Below are positions 7,779-14,197 of a stretch of 14,197 bases of DNA, piece by piece. The stretch is from Myxococcota bacterium (GTDB taxonomy: Bacteria; Myxococcota; UBA4151). The DNA lies in the NCBI GenBank assembly GCA_040260805.1, contig JBDQPD010000090.1, forward strand, positions 1 through 14,197. Direction: 5' to 3'. The notes beneath the pieces are model-generated. The model saw only the letters and a program-made list of their open reading frames with translations. It searched no databases and was not told the DNA's origin. A program made the position numbers and the translations under genes. How positions within the stretch are numbered: the first letter of the stretch is position 1; each line of letters opens with the position of its first letter.

Positions 7779-8933
7779 GTGAGCGCTGAACAGGCAAAAC
7801 CCCGAAGCCGCTGGCGCCGATTGATTCAGTTGGGCTCCGCCCTGTTAGCTGCCTTAGGGGCGCTCTTTGCCTGCGCTTATCCCGAGATCGGGCGGGCGCC
7901 GAGCGGGAAACATGCGGACCGTATCGCCAAGTCACCGAACTACGACAAGACGTCGCAGCGCTTCGTCAACCGACGCCAGACCTACTACGACGAGTCGATG
8001 AAGAAGATGACCATGAGCGCTTTTTTCAAGGCGAGCATGTTCGGTAAGCAGGTGCGCTCGCCTGAGCAGAAGCTCCCCCAAGCCAAAGTGGATCTCGATG
8101 CCTTCCTCAAGAGCGACGGCATGGCGTATGTCTGGCTAGGTCACTCGACGATTTTGGTGCGCCTAGACGGCAAGACGATCTTGCTCGATCCGGTGTTTCA
8201 TAACGCCGCACCGGTCCCCTTTGTGGTTCGGCGGTTCCAGGACCCAGTGCTTCGTTTAGAGGAGCTTCCGCCCATCGATCTAATCCTGATCTCACACGAC
8301 CATTACGACCACCTCAGCCGGCGCTCGATTCAGCATTTCCGCAACACCCAAACGCAGTTTGCGGTCCCGCTTGGCGTGTCCTCATATCTGGTCGGTTGGG
8401 GGATCGAGCGCGCTCGCATCGTCGAGCTCGATTGGTGGCAAGAGCACAATTTTGATGGGGTCAAGGTGGCCTGTACGCCTTCGCAGCACTTCTCGGGCCG
8501 GGCGGGGGTGACCGCCAACCCAACCCTGTGGGCGTCTTGGGCGGTCTTGGGTAAGACGGAGCGGTTCTACTTTAGCGGGGACTCGGGCTACGATGAGCAC
8601 TTCACGGCGATAGGGGACCGCTACGGTCCGTTTGACGTCGCGTTTATGGAGTGCGGTCAGTACAACCCCTTGTGGTCGGTGGTTCACCTGTTCCCCAACG
8701 AGACCGTTCGGGCGGGCAAAGACCTGGGCGCGAAACGCGTCCAGCCGATCCATTGGGGCATGTTTGAGCTGTCCCACCATGATTGGTTCGAGCCGCCAGA
8801 GTTTGCCCGCCGCTTCGGTGATGAAATCGGGGTCAAAGTCTACACTCCCGTGATCGGTCAGCTGGTTCGACTCAAGGGCTCAGAGCCCACCGAGCGCTGG
8901 TGGAAAGACTCGATCAAACCGGCTCAGCCCTAG
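7779..8933 (+). CDS. Metallo-beta-lactamase-fold hydrolase, NAPE-PLD/RomA-like, with N-terminal membrane or export signal
   Basis: WLGHST, LLDPVF, HxHxDH motif SHDHYDHL, ELDWW, PSQHFSGR, YFSGDSGY, PIHWGMF. Basic then hydrophobic N-terminus. Confidence 0.9.
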   Translation: MSAEQAKPRSRWRRLIQLGSALLAALGALFACAYPEIGRAPSGKHADRIAKSPNYDKTSQRFVNRRQTYYDESMKKMTMSAFFKASMFGKQVRSPEQKLPQAKVDLDAFLKSDGMAYVWLGHSTILVRLDGKTILLDPVFHNAAPVPFVVRRFQDPVLRLEELPPIDLILISHDHYDHLSRRSIQHFRNTQTQFAVPLGVSSYLVGWGIERARIVELDWWQEHNFDGVKVACTPSQHFSGRAGVTANPTLWASWAVLGKTERFYFSGDSGYDEHFTAIGDRYGPFDVAFMECGQYNPLWSVVHLFPNETVRAGKDLGAKRVQPIHWGMFELSHHDWFEPPEFARRFGDEIGVKVYTPVIGQLVRLKGSEPTERWWKDSIKPAQP

Positions 8934-8981
8934 CGCGCTGGCACCTTGCAGTGCGCCACTCCTTAGCGCAGACTCGTCATC

Positions 8982-8986
8982 AGGAG
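8982..8986 (+). promoter_or_regulatory. Shine-Dalgarno site for the Cys-rich repeat gene
   Basis: AGGAG 8 nt upstream of ATG 8995. Confidence 0.7.
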
Positions 8987-8994
8987 TGAACACC

Positions 8995-11424
8995 ATGACT
9001 CAGCACCGCATCGCCTATGTCGCCTTCTGCCTGCTTGTCTTTGGCTTGGCGCCAGCCTGCGGCGATCAGGTCGTGGTTCGAGAAACCCAAGCGAGCTGCG
9101 GCAACGGTGAGATCGAAGCGGGCGAAGCCTGCGATGACGGCAACGCCGTCAACACCGACGGATGCACCGACGCTTGCGCGGTGGCGGTGTGCGGCGACGG
9201 CACGACCCGCACCGACCTTACCGCCGACCAAGAGGGTTACGAAGCCTGCGATGATGGCAACGAGGCCGATGACGACAGCTGCTTGACGAGCTGTGCGTTG
9301 GCGGTGTGCGGGGATGGTCTGGTGCGCGTCGATCTGTCGGAAGGGACCTTAGGCTATGAAGCCTGCGATGATGGCAACCCGGAGGACGCAGACGGGTGCC
9401 GAAACACGTGTGAGGCTGCCTTCTGCGGTGATGGAGTGGTCCGTACCGATCTCGAGATGGACGCTCTGGGCTACGAGGCCTGCGATGACGGCAACGACGA
9501 CGACACTGACACCTGCTTGAGCAACTGCCTCGAGGCACGGTGCGGCGATGGGGTCGTGGGTCCTGGCGAAGGCTGCGATGACGGCAACGACGATCCCACC
9601 GACGAGTGCAACGCCTGCCAGCCAGCGACCTGCGGTGACGGGGTGATTCAAGCGCCCGAAGCCTGCGATGACGGGAACGCTGTCGACTCAGACGCCTGCC
9701 TGTCGACCTGCGCCATCGCCCGATGCGGTGATGGGGTCTTATGGGATGGTGAAGAAGCCTGCGATGACGGCAACGCCGAGGTCCGCGACGCCTGCACCGG
9801 TCAATGCCAAGAGGCGCTCTGCGGTGACGGCATTTTGCGCGCCGACCTGGCGCCTGAGGACCCAGGTTTTGAAGCCTGCGATGACGGCGGTATCGAGCCT
9901 GGCGACGGCTGCGATGCGACCTGCCAAACCGAGGTCTGCGGTAACGGACGCTTAGACGATGGTGAGGCTTGTGATGATGGCAACGTCGAGGATCGCGACG
10001 AGTGCTCAAACAGCTGCCGCGAGGCGCGCTGCGGCGACGGTATTACCCAGATCGGCGTAGAAGAATGCGACGACGGTAACCAAGTTGAGACCGACGCCTG
10101 TTTGACCAACTGCCGGGCAGCACGCTGCGGTGATGGTCACGCCTGGGCTGGGGTTGAAGCCTGCGATGATGGGAACGAGCTCCAGACCGATGGCTGCGTC
10201 GGCGTTTGCCAGCTGGCTCGCTGCGGCGATGGGATCACGCACGTCGGAGTGGAGGCTTGTGACGACGGCAACCCAGTCCAAACCGATGCGTGTCTGGACG
10301 ATTGCAGCTTAGCCCGTTGCGGGGACGGTCACACGCAAGAGGGCGTCGAAGCTTGCGACGACGGTAACCAAGTTCAAACCGACGCGTGCCTCAGCAATTG
10401 CTTGGTGGCTCGCTGCGGTGATGGCTCCGTTCAAGACGGCGTCGAGGCTTGCGATGACGGGAACCAGGCGCAAACCGATGCCTGCCTCAATGATTGCTCG
10501 GTGGCAGCTTGCGGCGATGGCGAGCTGCATGAGGGGGTTGAAGGTTGCGACGACGGCAATCAGACCCAAACGGATGCCTGCCTGAACGACTGTACGGTGG
10601 CGTCTTGCGGCGATGGTGAGGTCCAACAAGGCGTTGAAGCCTGCGACGATGGCAACCCGACGCAAACCGATACGTGCCTCAACGATTGCACCACGGCGTC
10701 TTGCGGTGATGGCGAGGTCCATGAGGGCGTTGAGGTCTGCGATGATGGCAACGAGGTGGACAACGACGCATGCAGAACCGACTGCACCGCAGCGGCTTGC
10801 GGCGACGGCGTCCGGCGTGGCGATCTTCAGGTCGGCGCGCCCGGCTATGAGGCGTGCGACGACGGCAACCAAAGCCAGACCGATGGCTGCCTCAACACCT
10901 GCGAGTCGGCGCGCTGCGGCGACGGACAGGTTCAAGCTGGCGTTGAGCAGTGTGACGACGGCAATCAAGTTGATGATGATGACTGCAGCAACACCTGCAC
11001 TCTGCGCAATGGCGTCGTCGCCTTTGGTGAGTTTCGCCCAGCTTTAGCCTGCGCGGATTTCTCGAGGCGAGGGGACAATTATCAGCAGTACTGCTTTGAG
11101 CTGCGGGGCCGCTGGCTATGCACTGGGCAGCACCCTGGAGGCTCTGTGAGTTGTGAGGACCTTCCAAATGGAATCCGGTTTACTTATGATTTCGGGAGGA
11201 CATGGCCCTTCCGGTTTACCAACGATACGCAAGACTGCCGCAACTACCACGCCGACTATGTCGGCAATTTTGCCAACGCGATCGGTTACGCCAACTTTAA
11301 TGTGACCCAAACCAAAACCGGCAACAGCTGCCAACGCACCTACATTGACAACAACGGTGATTTTCAAACCGTCGCTGGAGCTTCGGGCAGCAGTCTACCC
11401 TACGTCATCGAGTACACGAACTGA
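8995..11424 (+). CDS. Myxococcus Cys-rich repeat (DUF4215-like) surface lipoprotein with 19 repeats and an unknown C-terminal domain
   Basis: AGGAG at 8982-8986 favours ATG 8995. Signal peptide ends LAPAC-G. 19 units CG[DN]G..E.CDDG[NG]...D.C...C at 9097-10998, then about 141 aa non-repetitive tail. Confidence 0.9.
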   Translation: MTQHRIAYVAFCLLVFGLAPACGDQVVVRETQASCGNGEIEAGEACDDGNAVNTDGCTDACAVAVCGDGTTRTDLTADQEGYEACDDGNEADDDSCLTSCALAVCGDGLVRVDLSEGTLGYEACDDGNPEDADGCRNTCEAAFCGDGVVRTDLEMDALGYEACDDGNDDDTDTCLSNCLEARCGDGVVGPGEGCDDGNDDPTDECNACQPATCGDGVIQAPEACDDGNAVDSDACLSTCAIARCGDGVLWDGEEACDDGNAEVRDACTGQCQEALCGDGILRADLAPEDPGFEACDDGGIEPGDGCDATCQTEVCGNGRLDDGEACDDGNVEDRDECSNSCREARCGDGITQIGVEECDDGNQVETDACLTNCRAARCGDGHAWAGVEACDDGNELQTDGCVGVCQLARCGDGITHVGVEACDDGNPVQTDACLDDCSLARCGDGHTQEGVEACDDGNQVQTDACLSNCLVARCGDGSVQDGVEACDDGNQAQTDACLNDCSVAACGDGELHEGVEGCDDGNQTQTDACLNDCTVASCGDGEVQQGVEACDDGNPTQTDTCLNDCTTASCGDGEVHEGVEVCDDGNEVDNDACRTDCTAAACGDGVRRGDLQVGAPGYEACDDGNQSQTDGCLNTCESARCGDGQVQAGVEQCDDGNQVDDDDCSNTCTLRNGVVAFGEFRPALACADFSRRGDNYQQYCFELRGRWLCTGQHPGGSVSCEDLPNGIRFTYDFGRTWPFRFTNDTQDCRNYHADYVGNFANAIGYANFNVTQTKTGNSCQRTYIDNNGDFQTVAGASGSSLPYVIEYTN
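9097..10998 (+). repeat. Intragenic tandem array of 19 Cys-rich coding repeats (90-117 bp units)
   Basis: Units start at 9097, 9190, 9307, 9424, 9541, 9631, 9724, 9820, 9937, then 10030 plus seven more at 96-bp spacing, 10798, 10915. Recurrent DNA core GA(A/G)GC(C/T)TGCGA(C/T)GA(C/T)GG. Confidence 0.95.
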
Positions 11425-11518
11425 GCCGAGATGGTCCATTTGACGGATCATCCTCTGATCCACCGATAGACGCTCACGCACTGACCTGTAGAGATCCCGA
11501 ATCTCTCTGGGGTGCACC

Positions 11519-13006
11519 ATGTCAAAGACCATCGTCTCGATCCTCCTCTTGGCTGCTGGTTGCAGCGATCCGGTGCCAGGTCATGGCTCAGGGTCAAACC
11601 GCAACACGCCGAGTGAATGCAGCGATGACGGCGACTGCCCGAGTGGGCTTTGTCGATTAGGGCGTTGTGAACCTGAAGCCTCGCCGGCGGATGCTGGCTT
11701 TGAGGGCTGCGTCGTCGACGCCGACTGTCCTGACGATGCGCGCTGCGCAGACGGTCAATGTGAGCAGCTTGAGCGCTGCGTGCGGGGCGCCGATTGTCCT
11801 GATGGGAGCAGGTGCCAAGCCGGCCGATGCACGGACGAAGAGGTGCCCGAGTATGCGCTGAGCGCTGATCCCGCCTCGGTAGTCGTTGGCTTTCAAGCCG
11901 CCAACGAAGAAGCGCGCGCTCAGCTCGCGCTGGTCAACAGCGGTCAGCGCGCGCTGACCATCCAAGAGATCACGCTCGAGGGCAGCTTCGCCTTCGCCTT
12001 TGAAAACTTTCCTGAGATCCCACAGCGCTTGGTACCGAACCAGCAGGTGCAGCTCAATATCGTCTACACCGCTGACGATTTAGTGCCTGATGAAGCGGTC
12101 ATCTGGGTGCGGACCGACCAGCAAAGCTTAGAGCGGCTCTCGGTCCCGATCACCAGCTACACAAAAAACCCAGAGGTGCCTCAGGCTGACCCGTGCCTGT
12201 CGGTCGGTCCGACCAGCCTGAACTTTGGTCAGGTCGCTCGCGGACAGTTTGCTGACCAGCGCTTTGCGCTTGAGAACTGCGGCTCGGAGCCGGTCACCGT
12301 CAGCGCCATCAATCGGGGACGCACCTTCTTTGTGCCGCTGCCAAGCTCGGTGACGCTCGAGCCGGCGCCGGCGATGCCCTTGACCCTCCAAGTCGGCGAG
12401 CGCCAAGAGGTGACGGTGCGCTACACCGCACGTCAAGCGACGCGCGTGAGCGGTCACTGGGAGGTGCTCAGCGACGACGCCGCCAGCCCACGCCAGCGGG
12501 TGAACGTTCGCGCCAGCACCCCGCCGCCGCCGATCGAAGAGCAAGGGCTGCACATTCGGATGAGCTGGGACACCGACCTCAATGATGTGGACATGCACCT
12601 GCTGGCGCCCGGCGGGCAGTTCTTTGATTGCCCCTTGGACGTGTACTTCTCGAACAAATCGCCCGACTGGGGACAGCCTGGTGACCTGCGCGACGACCCC
12701 TTCTTAGATCTCGATGACGTCGATGGCTTCGGGCCAGAGAACTTGAACATCGAAGCCCCAGTGCCCGGCGTGTACACCCTCATCGCCCATTATTACGATC
12801 GACATGGTCAGCTGCAAACGCCCCAGACCACCTTTGAGATCAGCAGTTTTGGTCAGCGGATCGGGCAGTATGGTCCCACGGGATTGCCCAGCGTTGGGCA
12901 AACCTGGGACGTCGTTGAGATCGAGTGGATCGGCGGCGGACAGCCTCCGGTGTTGCGCCCGATGGGCGCGATCGGTCGACGCGCACATGGTAACAACTGC
13001 CGTTGA
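11519..13006 (+). CDS. Lipoprotein with 3 Cys knots, 2 Ig-like (choice-of-anchor D/ASH-like) domains and a C-terminal YfaP/DUF2135-like domain
   Basis: LAAGC lipobox. CxxxxDCPxxxxCxxGxC-type module x3. Two units P.S..[VF]G....L.N.G...[LV]T[IV]..I. C-terminal LHIRMSWDTDLNDVDMHLLAP ... LDLDDVDGFGPENLNI ... GVYTLIAHYY. Confidence 0.8.
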   Translation: MSKTIVSILLLAAGCSDPVPGHGSGSNRNTPSECSDDGDCPSGLCRLGRCEPEASPADAGFEGCVVDADCPDDARCADGQCEQLERCVRGADCPDGSRCQAGRCTDEEVPEYALSADPASVVVGFQAANEEARAQLALVNSGQRALTIQEITLEGSFAFAFENFPEIPQRLVPNQQVQLNIVYTADDLVPDEAVIWVRTDQQSLERLSVPITSYTKNPEVPQADPCLSVGPTSLNFGQVARGQFADQRFALENCGSEPVTVSAINRGRTFFVPLPSSVTLEPAPAMPLTLQVGERQEVTVRYTARQATRVSGHWEVLSDDAASPRQRVNVRASTPPPPIEEQGLHIRMSWDTDLNDVDMHLLAPGGQFFDCPLDVYFSNKSPDWGQPGDLRDDPFLDLDDVDGFGPENLNIEAPVPGVYTLIAHYYDRHGQLQTPQTTFEISSFGQRIGQYGPTGLPSVGQTWDVVEIEWIGGGQPPVLRPMGAIGRRAHGNNCR

Positions 13007-13018
13007 CCAGAACCTGAG

Positions 13019-14197
13019 TCAGCGCAGCTCGACTTGAATGGGCGAGGGTTCCGCAGCGGTGCAGTTGCCATCGCCGAGTTGTCCTTGAGCGTTGTCGCCC
13101 CAGCAATAGATCTGACCGGTCTCGGAGCGGCTACAGTTCGAGTACTCACCAGCCGTCAGACCAAGCGACTGGCCCAACCTACCCACGGTAACAGGCAGCC
13201 GAGAGTAGTCGGCTCCGCCAGGGCGAACAGGTCCGACCGAGCCTGAACCAAGCTGCCCACGCGTGTTGTCGCCCCAACACATAACTCGCCCCGCCAGAGT
13301 GAGCGCGCAGGTGTGCGCACGACCCGCAGCGACATCGACCATGGGGGGTAGATGTTCCAGACGCGTCGCTCGCCGAACACATGGAGTGTTGGACGGACAC
13401 CGTTGATCATCCGACTCGAGACCGGTTTGCCCTTTGTCGTTGAGGCCCCAGCAAAACGTGTTCCCTTGACCATTAACGCTGCAGACATGATCACCTCCTA
13501 CCGACAGCGCGATCACCGTGCCCATGTCAACCGGTACGAGATAAGGCTCGTACTCGCAGGCTTCGACGACGCAATAGCCGAGTCGCTCGGCGCGTTGTGA
13601 ACCCGTCTGCCCGAAATCGTTTCGTCCCCAGCACGCAACACGGCCGGAATCCAGAACCGCGCAACTGGTCTCGGTACCCGTGGCGATGAAATCGGGCTCT
13701 GCGCCATTGGGCATCGAGACCGGCATGGGCACAAGGTATCGATAAGCCATGCATTCATCCATTGACCAGCCCGCCATCTCACAGGTTCCAGGAGACTGAT
13801 AACCAACCATTCCATTGTACAGGAAGCCCCAGCAAGCAGCGCTTCGACCGCCGTTGGTGTCTTGGATAAAGCAGCTGCCATGGCTACCGACGGTCAAACC
13901 ACTCACGGATGTAAACTGCGGTTGTTGTTGTGCGTGCGTAATCCCGTATTCGATGGGGCTTGATATACATGCCCCAACGAACCCGGGAGGAGTCGGCACT
14001 TGATCTGGGCATCGATCAAGACGGTCGCTCAGATAACACCCGACACCTTCTTGGCATCTCGGCGTTATGTGTCCATGTCGCCCCCAGCAATGCGTCACAC
14101 CTGAGTCGCCGTACAAGGCACAAACGGCTTCATTCCAGCCCCCGCTTAGGTCAGCGACTCGATGTCTGGAGTCTACAACATCAACGACAAATCGCGA
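13019..14197 (-). CDS. RCC1/BLIP-II beta-propeller repeat protein (5' end beyond window)
   Basis: Six CWG motifs. Canonical blades such as AAGRAHTCAL..GRVMCWGDNTRGQLG and YCWGDNAQGQLGDG. Frame stays open from 14116 to the window end (SRFVVDVVDSRHRVADLSGGWNEAVCA), so the TTG at 14116 is not the true start. Confidence 0.88.
   Translation of the reverse strand, partial: SRFVVDVVDSRHRVADLSGGWNEAVCALYGDSGVTHCWGRHGHITPRCQEGVGCYLSDRLDRCPDQVPTPPGFVGACISSPIEYGITHAQQQPQFTSVSGLTVGSHGSCFIQDTNGGRSAACWGFLYNGMVGYQSPGTCEMAGWSMDECMAYRYLVPMPVSMPNGAEPDFIATGTETSCAVLDSGRVACWGRNDFGQTGSQRAERLGYCVVEACEYEPYLVPVDMGTVIALSVGGDHVCSVNGQGNTFCWGLNDKGQTGLESDDQRCPSNTPCVRRATRLEHLPPMVDVAAGRAHTCALTLAGRVMCWGDNTRGQLGSGSVGPVRPGGADYSRLPVTVGRLGQSLGLTAGEYSNCSRSETGQIYCWGDNAQGQLGDGNCTAAEPSPIQVELR

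Noticed and set aside
8939..8954. Sigma-54 promoter-like TGGCAC sequences here and near 4062
   Set aside because: GG-to-GC spacing is 11 and 9 nt rather than the required 10, and the 4062 copy faces no plus-strand gene.
9097..10998. Regularly spaced DNA repeats as a CRISPR array
   Set aside because: Repeats are in-frame coding units that vary at third codon positions within one long ORF, and there are no cas genes.
10999..11424. Asn (AAY)-rich C-terminal domain as a diversity-generating retroelement target
   Set aside because: No reverse transcriptase, no second near-identical template repeat with adenine-specific differences, and no CLec-type motif in the window.
95..14003. Numerous overlapping antisense and alternate-frame ORFs (e.g. 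9218-10009, 10309-10968, 1825-2319)
   Set aside because: They lie within well-supported genes, lack recognisable motifs, and are expected shadows of GC-rich or repetitive coding sequence.
7779..14197. Beta-lactamase plus BLIP-II inhibitor pair
   Set aside because: The MBL-fold protein has NAPE-PLD/RomA-type motifs rather than class B beta-lactamase ones, and BLIP-II inhibits serine class A enzymes.

Overview
A gene-dense, roughly 60% GC bacterial window with 11 credible CDSs and no rRNA, tRNA, CRISPR array, integrase, transposase or reverse transcriptase. The protein repertoire (CGDG/CDDGN 'Myxococcus Cys-rich' repeats, PEGA protein, DAG-linker lipoproteins, RCC1 propeller) points to a Myxococcota-like organism (inference). 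Left part, redox/metal genes: a CysJ/CPR-like FMN-FAD-NADPH diflavin reductase and a lipid-anchored azurin (+), converging on a divergent His-rich DUF2891-like gene and a CxxC thioredoxin-fold lipoprotein (-). Middle: two predicted outer-membrane multidomain proteins, a DUF429 RNase-H-fold predicted nuclease (-), and a divergently oriented NAPE-PLD/RomA-type metallo-beta-lactamase-fold hydrolase (+). Right part, surface proteins: a lipoprotein with 19 tandem Cys-rich repeats and an unrecognised lower-GC C-terminal tip, a lipoprotein with 3 Cys knots, 2 Ig-like domains and a YfaP/DUF2135-like domain, and a 5'-truncated RCC1/BLIP-II propeller with Cys-pair loop inserts. No complete novel system can be shown from the sequence alone. 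The best lead is a repeated pattern of GC-rich scaffold plus lower-GC, disulfide-rich putative recognition module in several envelope proteins.
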